Below, in pieces: positions 29,719-39,250 of a DNA stretch of 64,000 nucleotides. Position numbers and translations under genes: made by a program. The notes beneath the pieces were generated by a model. The model saw nothing but the letters and a program-made list of their open reading frames with translations, ran no database searches and was not told the DNA's origin. The stretch spans positions 9,845 to 73,844 of the forward strand of contig CAMNHK010000001.1 in assembly GCA_946539445.1 (NCBI GenBank). Reading direction: 5' to 3'. Position 1 is the first letter of the stretch. Each line of letters opens with the position of its first letter. This DNA is from an uncultured Bacillales bacterium (GTDB lineage Bacteria; Bacillota_I; Bacilli_A; RF39; UBA660).

Positions 29719-31550
29719 TAACAAAGGGGCAAAAGATAAATGATCGCTATGAAGTCATTCGATCAATTGGTGAAGGTGGAATGGCTAATGTTTATCTAGG
29801 ATATGATACGATACTAGATCGAAATGTGGCTATTAAAGTATTACGTGGGGATTTGGCTAACGATGAGAAATTTGTACGTAGATTTCAAAGAGAAGCGTTG
29901 TCAGCTTCCTCTTTAGCACATCCTAATATTGTTGAGATGTATGATGTTGGGGAAGACGATGGTACTTATTACATCGTTATGGAATATGTCGATGGTAAGA
30001 CTTTAAAACAATTATTGAAAAAGAGGGGAAGTCTTACCTTAAGTGAAGCTATTGATATTATGAGTCAATTAACCGATGGTATGGCTCATGCTCATGATTC
30101 TTATATTATTCACAGAGATTTAAAACCTCAGAATATTATGATTCGTGATGATGGCCAGATTAAAATAACGGATTTCGGAATTGCTATGGCACTTAATTCT
30201 ACGCAATTAACGCAGACGAATTCTGTTATGGGAAGTGTTCATTATTTACCACCGGAACAAGCTAGTGGAAAAGGATGTACCATTAAAAGTGATATTTATT
30301 CTATGGGAATTATCTTTTATGAACTATTAACGGGTTCTTTACCATTTAGAGGAGATAATGCCGTAGAAATTGCTTTAAAACATATGAGAGAGCCTCTTCC
30401 TAGTTTGAGAGAAGAGAATCCTTCTATTCCTCAAAGTATTGAAAATATTATTCGACGTGCTACTGCGAAAAATCCAAAAAATCGTTATGATAATGCTCGT
30501 AGTATGCATGAGGATTTATTAACAGCATTAAACGAAGAGCGAATGAATGAACCAGTTTATCAATATAAATATCCAGAAAATGAAAATGAAACTAAAAAAT
30601 CTAAAAAGGCAGAAGAGGAGAAACAAGAGGCTTTAGAGGATGCTAAAATTGAAGCTATTGGTTCTGATACGACAACTGAAGAAGTAACGACTCCAATGGA
30701 AGATATTGAAGTAGAAGATAAGAGTGATAAAAAGAGTAAAATTATTATTATCATTTTGGCAGTTATCTTTGTATTAATTGCTTTGGGATTATTAGCTGTC
30801 TTCTTCTTATTACCAGAAGTATCCAATCAAGAATCGGTTACGATTCCAAATTGTGAAAATTTGAAAGTAAGTGCTTGTGAGAAAAAACTTTTGGATGCTG
30901 GATTTGAAGTTAATACGGAAATAAAGACCGTTCCTTCTTCTTTGATTGATAAAAATCGTGTTGTGAAAACCGATCCTGAAAAAGGAAGAAGTATTAAGAA
31001 AGGTACGGTTGTTACCATTTATAAATCTTCTGGTGAAGACACTTATGCGTTAGAAGATTATACTGGAAGTAATGCAATTGAAATTAAAACTCGATTAGAA
31101 GAAAAATATGGCTTAATTGTTACGATTGAAAAGAAAGATGTTGATACTTCTGAAAAAGAATATGCAGAAGATGAAATCATTGGTCAATCTTTAGAAGTTG
31201 GTGCTTTGGTTCGCAGTGGAGATTCTCTTGTATTGTATACTCCAAATATTGTGGAAACCTTCCCAGATATGGTAGCTGAAGGATGGAGTTTGAGTGATGT
31301 AGAAGTATTCTGCAACAAGTATGGATTGATTCTTGAAAAAACAGAGCAAGAAACTACCGCTTATGCAGAAGGAACTATTATTTCTCAAAATATGCCAAAA
31401 GGACGTAAAATCATCGCAGGAACTACTTTAAGAGTAACGGTTGCTGTTAAACCAAAACCAAAACCAGAACCAACTCCAGAACCTGAACCAAATACTGGTG
31501 ATGGTAATTCTGAAGGTGGAAATACCTCTGGTGATAAAGAAAATGAATAA
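29715..31550 (+). CDS. prkC: PASTA-domain Ser/Thr protein kinase
   Basis: HRDLKPQNIM and DFGIA kinase motifs. TM helix. Three PASTA-like repeats. Pro/Glu-rich tail. Confidence 0.9.
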   Translation: MITKGQKINDRYEVIRSIGEGGMANVYLGYDTILDRNVAIKVLRGDLANDEKFVRRFQREALSASSLAHPNIVEMYDVGEDDGTYYIVMEYVDGKTLKQLLKKRGSLTLSEAIDIMSQLTDGMAHAHDSYIIHRDLKPQNIMIRDDGQIKITDFGIAMALNSTQLTQTNSVMGSVHYLPPEQASGKGCTIKSDIYSMGIIFYELLTGSLPFRGDNAVEIALKHMREPLPSLREENPSIPQSIENIIRRATAKNPKNRYDNARSMHEDLLTALNEERMNEPVYQYKYPENENETKKSKKAEEEKQEALEDAKIEAIGSDTTTEEVTTPMEDIEVEDKSDKKSKIIIIILAVIFVLIALGLLAVFFLLPEVSNQESVTIPNCENLKVSACEKKLLDAGFEVNTEIKTVPSSLIDKNRVVKTDPEKGRSIKKGTVVTIYKSSGEDTYALEDYTGSNAIEIKTRLEEKYGLIVTIEKKDVDTSEKEYAEDEIIGQSLEVGALVRSGDSLVLYTPNIVETFPDMVAEGWSLSDVEVFCNKYGLILEKTEQETTAYAEGTIISQNMPKGRKIIAGTTLRVTVAVKPKPKPEPTPEPEPNTGDGNSEGGNTSGDKENE

Positions 31551-31559
31551 AGGAGATTT

Positions 31560-32399
31560 ATGAAAGGACAAATTGTAAAAATAAGTAGTGATTTATATTT
31601 TGTAAATTATGAAGATACAGTTTATCCTTGTAAATGTCGTGGAATATTTCGTAAAGAACATATTACTCCAGTTGTGGGGGACTATGTTCTTTTCAGTAGA
31701 GAAAAACATTTAATTGAAGAAGTTTGTCCAAGAAAAAATTGCTTTGATCGACCTAAGGTTAGTAATATTGATCAAGCTTTCTTAATTACTAGTTTACGTT
31801 ATCCTGATTTTTCCCTTCATTTATTGGATAAGTTTATTGTATTGATGGAAATGAATCATGTAGTGCCTATTATTTGTATTACGAAAGATGATTTGGTAAC
31901 GGATCAGGAATTGGTGGAAATTCGTTCCGTATTACAATATTATGAAAATCTTGGGTATACCGTTCTTTTCCGTAATGAGATTGATAAAATAAAAGAATAT
32001 TTAAAAGGGAAAACGAGTGTTTTTACTGGACAAACAGGAGCTGGAAAAAGTACTTTATTAAATACTTTAAATCCGGATTGGAATTTAGAGACGGGAGAGA
32101 TTTCCATGGCTTTGGGACGTGGAAAACATACTACCCGAGTGGTTGAACTGTTTGACTTTTTTGGAGGAAAAGTAATGGATACTCCTGGATTTTCTTCTTT
32201 GGAGTTTACTGGATATACGAAGGAACAAATACGAGACGCTTTTATAGAATTTTCTATGTATCCATGTCCTTTTAAAGATTGTAGTCATACAAAAGAAGCT
32301 GAATGTGTTGTGAAGAAGGAAGTTTTGGAGAATCATATTATGAAGAGTCGATATCTTCATTATTTAGATTTTATAGGAGTTGATTATAATGAAAATTAG
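31560..32399 (+). CDS. rsgA: ribosome small-subunit biogenesis GTPase
   Basis: Circularly permuted GTPase with GQTGAGKSTLLNTL and a C-terminal zinc finger (CPF.DCSHTKEAEC). Confidence 0.85.
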   Translation: MKGQIVKISSDLYFVNYEDTVYPCKCRGIFRKEHITPVVGDYVLFSREKHLIEEVCPRKNCFDRPKVSNIDQAFLITSLRYPDFSLHLLDKFIVLMEMNHVVPIICITKDDLVTDQELVEIRSVLQYYENLGYTVLFRNEIDKIKEYLKGKTSVFTGQTGAGKSTLLNTLNPDWNLETGEISMALGRGKHTTRVVELFDFFGGKVMDTPGFSSLEFTGYTKEQIRDAFIEFSMYPCPFKDCSHTKEAECVVKKEVLENHIMKSRYLHYLDFIGVDYNEN

Positions 32400-33015
32400 T
32401 GCATCTTTTTTAAGTAGTAAAAACATTCCTTTGGATTTACAAAAATTAAATGATACCGATGTTGATTATATTCATGTGGATATAATGGATGGTAAATTTG
32501 TGAAAAATAAAACGATGCCATTTCGCGAAATGCGTCATATTTATGAATATACTTCGAAGAGATTAGATGTGCATTTGATGGTGGAAGATCCATCTCATTA
32601 TATTCCATTATATGCGGAATTAAATACGGAATGTATTACCATTCATGTTGAGATAGAGGAAGATATTCTTAAAGATTTGGAAATGATTAAAAGTTATTCT
32701 ATTAAGTGTGGTTTAGCCATTCATCCAGATACGAAAGTGAATGCTTTAATTCCTTATTTACCATATTTAGACGAAATTATTGTTATGAGCGTGGTTCCAG
32801 GAGAAGGGGGACAAACCTTTTTACCAGGAACTAAGGAAAAGATTCATGAATTAAGAGAATTACTAAATTCTTACCATATTCCTGCTCTTATTAATGTGGA
32901 TGGGGGCATTAATAATATTACGAAAATGGAATGCCAAGAAGCCGATATTTTAACTTCTGGTAGTTATATTGTCCTTAGTGATAATTTTCAAGAAAAAATA
33001 TCTAGTTTAAGATAA
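32389..33015 (+). CDS. rpe: ribulose-phosphate 3-epimerase
   Basis: HVDIMDG and VMSVVPG..GQ.F motifs. Confidence 0.85.
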   Translation: MKISASFLSSKNIPLDLQKLNDTDVDYIHVDIMDGKFVKNKTMPFREMRHIYEYTSKRLDVHLMVEDPSHYIPLYAELNTECITIHVEIEEDILKDLEMIKSYSIKCGLAIHPDTKVNALIPYLPYLDEIIVMSVVPGEGGQTFLPGTKEKIHELRELLNSYHIPALINVDGGINNITKMECQEADILTSGSYIVLSDNFQEKISSLR

Positions 33016-33058
33016 ATAGTTATGATATAATCTATTGTATAGAATAGGAGTTGATATT

Positions 33059-34024
33059 GTGAATACGAACGAAACGAATAATCAAAATGTTCAACCAACA
33101 ATGTTTACACCACCTACAGGAGCTGCAGTCCCTGAGAATTCAGCACCTGTTTTAGATACGACTACTAATATTCCTGTTTTAGGAGAAACACAAACTTTGC
33201 CTGTAGTTAATGACGAAGTTCCGGTATTAGATACAACCGCCGCAATTCCTGTTGTTCCTACGGAAGCAGCACCAGTTCCTGAGAATACTGCTTCTATGGC
33301 ACCTGTTACGGCTGAGGTTCCTGTACTTGATTCTACTACTACGATTCCAGTAGTTCCTACTGCTATGGCGAATACACAGAATACAGCGCCTGTAGTTAGT
33401 AATCCTAATCCAGTTGGTGGAGATACTGGTGGTGTGGTTCCTGAAAATTTAAAAAGTGTGGAAATTAATTATAAACCACCAAGTAAATTTAAGACTTTTT
33501 TATTGATTGTGTTTTTTGTTTTCTTGATTGCTTTTGTTATCTTTTTACCTGAGATAACGACTATGATTAATTTATATAAAGCAGGAGATTTAAACTATAC
33601 TCCTGAAAAGATTACAACTGGTAAATTGAAATGTACGTTGGATACGAATACTACGAATTTAGATAAGTCTTATGATTTAACTTATAATTTTACGGATAAT
33701 AAATTGGAAAAAACAAGTTTTATTATTACGACACGTGGGGATGCTACATTAGATGAGGCAACATTAGATGAGTTAGCACAAACTTGTCAATCTCTAGCAA
33801 CGAATGTGGAATCTTTAGAAGGTATTACGGTTCAATGTAGTTATACGGATGGAAAATTAGTAGAAACGCAACACTTTGATTTGAAAAATATGAATGTTGA
33901 CGAAGTAGATGAAGCTTTTATTGAAGCTGGTGGTAATAATCCAGAGTATCAATATGGTCAAGATATGGATATTATTGAAAGATCTATGAATGCTTCTGGG
34001 TATACTTGCAAGAGAGAAGGTTAG
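33059..34024 (+). CDS. hypothetical membrane protein with Pro/Val/Thr-rich repeats
   Basis: Repeats of VP(V)LDTTT.IPVVP, then a TM helix and a C-terminal globular domain. Confidence 0.4.
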   Translation: MNTNETNNQNVQPTMFTPPTGAAVPENSAPVLDTTTNIPVLGETQTLPVVNDEVPVLDTTAAIPVVPTEAAPVPENTASMAPVTAEVPVLDSTTTIPVVPTAMANTQNTAPVVSNPNPVGGDTGGVVPENLKSVEINYKPPSKFKTFLLIVFFVFLIAFVIFLPEITTMINLYKAGDLNYTPEKITTGKLKCTLDTNTTNLDKSYDLTYNFTDNKLEKTSFIITTRGDATLDEATLDELAQTCQSLATNVESLEGITVQCSYTDGKLVETQHFDLKNMNVDEVDEAFIEAGGNNPEYQYGQDMDIIERSMNASGYTCKREG

Positions 34025-34084
34025 AAAAAGTCAAGTCTTATCTTGTCTTTTTCTTTTTGCTATGATAATCAGGAGGTGTATAAA

Positions 34085-36241
34085 ATGAATGATGAAATTA
34101 TAAAGGAAATTGCCAATGATTTACAGATACGCGAAGAACAAGTTCGTACGGTTTTGAAATTATTAGAAGAAGATAATACCATTCCCTTTATTGCGCGATA
34201 TCGAAAAGAAGCAACGGGAGCTTTGGATGAAGAAGCCATTCGAAAGATTCAAGAAGTTTATTTATATCAAGAAAACTTGTTGAAGAGAAAAGAAGATGTT
34301 ATTCGTTTGATTGATGAAAAAGGAATGTTAACTGATGATATTCGTCAGTCTATTCTTGCTTGTAGTAAACTCGTTGAAGTAGAGGATATTTATCGCCCTT
34401 ATAAAGAAAAAAAGAAGACGAAGGCTACAGAAGCTATTGCTTTGGGATTGGAGCCACTTGCAAAAATGATGATGACTTTTCCTATGACAGGAGATATGGA
34501 GTCTCTATCCAAAAAATTTGTTCATGATAAAGTGGATACGATGGAAAAGGCGATTCAAGGAGCTTGTGATATTATAGCAGAGTGGATTAGTGATAATGCT
34601 TTTTATCGTAAATGGATTCGTGGTTATTTTTATCGAAATGGTATTGTGATGTCTAATCTTAAAAAGGGAGCCGAAGATAAAGAGGCTATTTACGAAATGT
34701 ATTATTCTTATCAAGAACCAGTTAAGTCTATTAAACCTCATCGTATTTTAGCTTTAAATCGTGGGGAAAAAGAAAAAGTATTAACGGTTTCCATTGATGT
34801 TAATAAAGATGAAATACTCGCATATTTGGAAAAGAAAGTTATTAAAAATGATAAGAGTTTTGTTACTTCTTATGTGAAAAAGGCAATAGAAGATTCTTAT
34901 AAAAGATTAATTGAGCCCTCTATTGAAAGAGAAATCCGTAGTGACTTAAGTGAAAAGGGAGAGGAAGCTGCCATTGAGAATTTTGGAAAAAATTTAGAGG
35001 CATTGCTACTGACTCCACCCATTAAGGAAAAAGTTGTACTCGCTTTTGATCCTGGATATGTTAATGGTTGTAAGATTGCTGTAGTGGATAAAAATGGAAA
35101 GTATTTAGATAGTACGGTTATTAAACCTTTTTTAAATAGTATCAGTGCCGATAAAATAAAAGCTTGCAAAGAAGAAATTGTTAAATTAATTCGTAAATAT
35201 CAAGTAGATATTATATCTATTGGAAATGGGACTGCTTCTCGGGAATCTGAAAAGTTCTGTGCTGAGATGATTGCGGAATACAAACTTCCTTGTAAGTATG
35301 TTATTGTTAGTGAAGCGGGAGCATCTATTTATTCTGCTTCTTTACAAGCTATTGAAGAGTTCCCAGATTTAGCAGTGGAAAAAAGAAGTGCTGTTAGTAT
35401 TGGTAGAAGAATTCAAGATCCTTTGGCAGAACTTGTTAAAATTCCTCCAGAGGGAATCGGAGTAGGACTTTATCAACATGATGTATCTCCTAAAAACTTG
35501 TCTAATTCTTTAGACTTTGTGGTTGAAAAATGTGTGAATAGTGTTGGTGTTAATGTAAATACTGCTTCCGCATCTTTATTAAGTTATGTATCTGGAATTG
35601 GAAAAACTGCCATTAAAAAGATTATTGATTATCGAGAAAGTGTTGGAAAGATTACTTCTCGTGAAGAGATAAAAAAGAAAAAGTTATTGACGGATAAAGC
35701 TTATGAACAAGCTATTGGATTTTTACGAATTCAAGGAGGAGATAATGTATTAGATTCTACCGCAATCCATCCAGAGAGTTATCCAATTGCTAATCAAATT
35801 TTAAAGGATTTAGGCGAGAATACTTCGAAAGTTGGTAGTGATGAAATTATTCAAAAATTGAATTCAATTTCTTTAGAAGAAGCTGCTAAAAAATATCAAA
35901 CGGATTTGTATACGTTACAAGATGTTGTGGAATCATTAAAAAAGCCTAATTTGGATCCAAGAGATGAATATCCACAGCCTATTTTAAAAAGTAACATACT
36001 TGATATCAAAGATTTACATATTGGAGATAAGTTACAAGGTACGGTTCGTAATGTTGTGGATTTTGGTTTATTTATTGATATTGGATTACATGATGATGGA
36101 CTTGCTCATATCTCTAAATTAAGTAAGAATTATGTAAAACATCCTTCAGACTTATTTAGTGTTGGAGATATTGTAGATTGTTACGTAGATGATATTTCTT
36201 TAGAAAAAAATAAAGTTAGTTTATCCTTAATCCCAAGATAA
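34085..36241 (+). CDS. tex: transcription accessory protein Tex (S1-domain)
   Basis: IPFIARYRKE N-terminal signature. YqgF and HhH regions. C-terminal S1 domain. GGAGGTG RBS. Confidence 0.9.
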   Translation: MNDEIIKEIANDLQIREEQVRTVLKLLEEDNTIPFIARYRKEATGALDEEAIRKIQEVYLYQENLLKRKEDVIRLIDEKGMLTDDIRQSILACSKLVEVEDIYRPYKEKKKTKATEAIALGLEPLAKMMMTFPMTGDMESLSKKFVHDKVDTMEKAIQGACDIIAEWISDNAFYRKWIRGYFYRNGIVMSNLKKGAEDKEAIYEMYYSYQEPVKSIKPHRILALNRGEKEKVLTVSIDVNKDEILAYLEKKVIKNDKSFVTSYVKKAIEDSYKRLIEPSIEREIRSDLSEKGEEAAIENFGKNLEALLLTPPIKEKVVLAFDPGYVNGCKIAVVDKNGKYLDSTVIKPFLNSISADKIKACKEEIVKLIRKYQVDIISIGNGTASRESEKFCAEMIAEYKLPCKYVIVSEAGASIYSASLQAIEEFPDLAVEKRSAVSIGRRIQDPLAELVKIPPEGIGVGLYQHDVSPKNLSNSLDFVVEKCVNSVGVNVNTASASLLSYVSGIGKTAIKKIIDYRESVGKITSREEIKKKKLLTDKAYEQAIGFLRIQGGDNVLDSTAIHPESYPIANQILKDLGENTSKVGSDEIIQKLNSISLEEAAKKYQTDLYTLQDVVESLKKPNLDPRDEYPQPILKSNILDIKDLHIGDKLQGTVRNVVDFGLFIDIGLHDDGLAHISKLSKNYVKHPSDLFSVGDIVDCYVDDISLEKNKVSLSLIPR

Positions 36242-36244
36242 TAG

Positions 36245-36266
36245 AGAATTGTCAATTGACAATTCT
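36245..36266. promoter_or_regulatory. 22-bp perfect palindrome (tex terminator and/or operator)
   Basis: AGAATTGTCAATTGACAATTCT lies immediately after the tex stop and about 60 nt upstream of the repeat-protein gene. It can form a 9-bp stem with an AATT loop, or be read as ATTGT-N6-ACAAT. Confidence 0.5.
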
Positions 36267-36328
36267 TTTCCTTTCATTCTCTTCTTTTGTTGATAAAAGA
36301 ACGGTATAATTATAGTAGGGTGTTTCGT

Positions 36329-38473
36329 ATGCAAAGAAAAAGACGTATCCTAAAAAGTAGAAGAAATAGAACAATGAATCTAATATTTTATAGTATATTA
36401 GGTCTTTTTGCATTTCTAGGAATTGGATATGCAACTCTTAGAACAACCTTAAATATTGGTGGTACAGTAACGGTTAAAAAATATACAGTTCCAGTGATAC
36501 AGCAAACTTCTTATTCTGATACTACCGCTTTTCGTAGTAGTACTTATAAAGAAAAAATAAAGATTATTAATTTAGATGATGAAATCAATCCACCAGCGAA
36601 TGTAATCGATAGCTGGGATGTAGGAGCGAATCAAAATGGAGATGTCATGGCATATATTACCGCCAATCAAGATGATAATACAAAGTATGATCTAACTATT
36701 CAAGGAGATGGATCATTATATGCTAATCCTAATAGCCAGTATCTCTTTGGCTTCTTAACTGGAGTAGATGCAATCAACAATATCGATGCTTTAAATACTT
36801 CTTTGGTTACTGATATGTCTTCTATGTTTGCTTATACAGGCCATAACAGTACAGTATTTACCCTAGATTTAGGAGATAAATTTGATACAAGTAATGTAAC
36901 AAATATGGGATCTATGTTTTACTGTACAGGATTTAGTAGTACAGTCTTCACCTTAGATTTAGGAGATAGATTTGATACGAGTAAAGTTACAAATATGTCT
37001 GATATGTTTTCTGAAATAGGCTATAATAGTACAGTCTTCACCTTAGATTTAGGAGATAAATTTGATACAAGTAATGTAAAAAATATGTCTGATATGTTTT
37101 ATTATACTGGTTATAAAAGTACAGTCATGACTTTAGATTTAGGAAGCTTATTTGATACCTCAAAAGTAACAGATATGTCTAGTATGTTTTTGTATACCGG
37201 CTATAGTAGCCCAGTATTTGAGCTAAATATAGGAGATAACTTTGATACTTCAAATGTAACGAAGATGGAGTATATGTTTTATAATACAGGCTATAAGAGT
37301 ACAGTATTTACCCTAGATTTAGGAGATAAATTTGATACAAGTAAAGTAACAAATATGTCACAAATGTTTGCTTATACAGGCTATAACAGTACAGTATTTA
37401 CCCTAGATTTAGGAGATAAATTTGATACAAGTAATGTAACAAATATGCAGTCTATGTTTTACTGTACAGGATTTAGTAGTACAGTATTTACCCTAGATTT
37501 AGGAGAACATTTTGACACCAGTCAAGTCGCAAATATGTCTTCTATGTTTAACTGTACAGGATTTAGTAGTACAGTATTTACCCTAGATTTAGGAGATCAA
37601 TTTGATACCTCCAATGTAACGAATATGTCTCATATGTTTGCTTCTACAGGATATAGTAGTACTATTTTTACTTTAAACTTAGGAGGGAAGTTTAATACAA
37701 GTAAAGTCACAAATATGTCTCAAATGTTTAGCCAAACAGGTTATACCAACACAGTATTTACCTTAGATTTAGGAGAACATTTTGACACCAGTCAAGTCGC
37801 AAATATGTCTTATATGTTTGCTTATACAGGCTATAACAGTACAGTATTTACCCTAGATTTAGGCGATTACTTTGATACAAGTAAAGTTACGGATATGTCT
37901 AGTATGTTTAGTAGTACGGGATATAAAAGTACCGTTTTCACATTAGATTTAGGGAATTTGTTTGATACGAGTCAAGTAACGAATATGTATAATATGTTTA
38001 GCCAAACAGGTTATACCAACACAGTATTTACCTTAGATTTAGGAGAACATTTTGACACCAGTCAAGTCGCAAATATGTCTTCTATGTTTAACCGTACAGG
38101 ATTTAGTAGTACAGTATTTACCCTAGATTTAGGAGATAAATTTGATACGAGTCAAGTAACAAAAATGGAAGCTATGTTTTACAGTACAGGCTATAGTAGT
38201 ACTGCCTTCACCTTAGATTTAGGAGATAAATTTGATACAAGTAAAGTAACAAATATGACTAATATGTTTAATAGTACGGGATATTCCAATAATACATTCA
38301 CACTGGATTTATCTACATTTGATTTTAGTGCAGTTACTTCCTATTCTAATATTTTTTACGACTGGAAAACTACTCAAAAAATCTATGTAAAAGATGCTAG
38401 TGATCAGAGTTGGATTTTAACACATAGTGGAAATAGAAATTTGACTACTGCAAACGTATTAATAAAAACTTAA
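36329..38473 (+). CDS. surface protein made of about 19 tandem 26-residue repeats (DUF285 / Listeria-Mycoplasma 26-residue repeat type)
   Basis: Signal-anchor N-terminus. Repeating unit FTLDLGDKFDTSNVTNMSxMFxxTGYxST is the DUF285 26-residue repeat signature, including the N-[VM]-T-[NDK]-M-S-x-M-F core. Confidence 0.7.
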   Translation: MQRKRRILKSRRNRTMNLIFYSILGLFAFLGIGYATLRTTLNIGGTVTVKKYTVPVIQQTSYSDTTAFRSSTYKEKIKIINLDDEINPPANVIDSWDVGANQNGDVMAYITANQDDNTKYDLTIQGDGSLYANPNSQYLFGFLTGVDAINNIDALNTSLVTDMSSMFAYTGHNSTVFTLDLGDKFDTSNVTNMGSMFYCTGFSSTVFTLDLGDRFDTSKVTNMSDMFSEIGYNSTVFTLDLGDKFDTSNVKNMSDMFYYTGYKSTVMTLDLGSLFDTSKVTDMSSMFLYTGYSSPVFELNIGDNFDTSNVTKMEYMFYNTGYKSTVFTLDLGDKFDTSKVTNMSQMFAYTGYNSTVFTLDLGDKFDTSNVTNMQSMFYCTGFSSTVFTLDLGEHFDTSQVANMSSMFNCTGFSSTVFTLDLGDQFDTSNVTNMSHMFASTGYSSTIFTLNLGGKFNTSKVTNMSQMFSQTGYTNTVFTLDLGEHFDTSQVANMSYMFAYTGYNSTVFTLDLGDYFDTSKVTDMSSMFSSTGYKSTVFTLDLGNLFDTSQVTNMYNMFSQTGYTNTVFTLDLGEHFDTSQVANMSSMFNRTGFSSTVFTLDLGDKFDTSQVTKMEAMFYSTGYSSTAFTLDLGDKFDTSKVTNMTNMFNSTGYSNNTFTLDLSTFDFSAVTSYSNIFYDWKTTQKIYVKDASDQSWILTHSGNRNLTTANVLIKT
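36780..38300 (+). repeat. tandem 78-bp coding repeats with blocks of near-identity
   Basis: Units such as ACAGTATTTACCCTAGATTTAGGAGATAAATTTGATACAAGTAA recur many times. Blocks of about 100 bp at about 37500 and about 38040 are almost identical. Confidence 0.75.
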
Positions 38474-38500
38474 AAGAACCAAATGATTGGTTCTTTTTTA
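38474..38500. terminator. bidirectional terminator
   Basis: AAGAACCAA-ATGAT-TGGTTCTT hairpin flanked by an A-run and a T-run. It sits between convergent stops. Confidence 0.65.
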
Positions 38501-39133
38501 GTAATGCAATATAATTTTCTTTCCTATGATTTCGATGAACCCATCTTCTTTTAGATATTTGATTTCTCTTGCCATTGCACTTCTATCAACGGATAAGTAA
38601 TTTGCTAGTTCTGTATAAGAAGTATTCATTTTAATGGTTTTGGATCCATCTTTTGTTTTCTTCTCTATATATTTGAAATAAGAGAGTAGTTTGTCTCTTG
38701 TAGTCTTTTTTGTGAGTAGTTCAATTCTTATATTTCTAGTATTTAATTGTTCTGTTAGGATTTTGATTAGGTTTTTAATAAAGATGATGTAGAAATCATT
38801 TTTAAAGATTTCATCATTGGTGATTTGATTATATTCAATGAATGTGATTTCTGTATCTTCTTTTGTGATACAGGAGATTCCTTCTTCTTGAATGGAGGAG
38901 GTTAAGGATCCAAATACTTCTCCTGTTTCTAATTCTTCTATGACGGTTTTACTTCCTGCATAATCTGTATAGATACATTCAATACTACCAGAATCAATTA
39001 AAGCAATGAAATCTTCTCGGTTTACATTTGACAAGACGTTTACATTTCGTTTAAATTTTTGAGTACTTGCCTTTAGAATTTTCTTTAATTTCAACAATTC
39101 TTTTTCAGAAATATTTTCAAATAATTTTATCAT
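38498..39133 (-). CDS. Crp/Fnr-family transcriptional regulator (cNMP-binding domain plus C-terminal HTH, no Fnr Cys cluster)
   Basis: GGTGAT RBS before ATG at 39133. C-terminal T..ELA..L..SR..V.R.L HTH typical of the Crp family. Beta-roll region upstream. Confidence 0.75.
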   Translation of the reverse strand: MIKLFENISEKELLKLKKILKASTQKFKRNVNVLSNVNREDFIALIDSGSIECIYTDYAGSKTVIEELETGEVFGSLTSSIQEEGISCITKEDTEITFIEYNQITNDEIFKNDFYIIFIKNLIKILTEQLNTRNIRIELLTKKTTRDKLLSYFKYIEKKTKDGSKTIKMNTSYTELANYLSVDRSAMAREIKYLKEDGFIEIIGKKIILHY

Positions 39134-39160
39134 TTTTATCACCTTAAAAAAAATTATAGC

Positions 39161-39182
39161 AAAAAATGTAAAGTGTTGCAAA
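39161..39182. promoter_or_regulatory. 22-bp Crp-like palindromic operator candidate in the divergent regulator/nrdD promoter region
   Basis: AAGTGTTGCAAATGCAACACTT has TGTTG-N6-CAACA arms. This is the same 5-6-5 geometry and 22-bp length as Crp/Fnr sites. Confidence 0.45.
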
Positions 39183-39250
39183 TGCAACACTTTGTTTTGC
39201 TTTTTTATGATATGATGATTTTATAAAAAATAAGAAAGAGGTCAAAGGTT

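Noticed and set aside
36780-38300. Regularly spaced 78-bp repeats considered as a possible CRISPR array
   Set aside because: The repeats are in-frame coding repeats of a 26-residue protein motif. There are no unique spacers, and no cas genes nearby.
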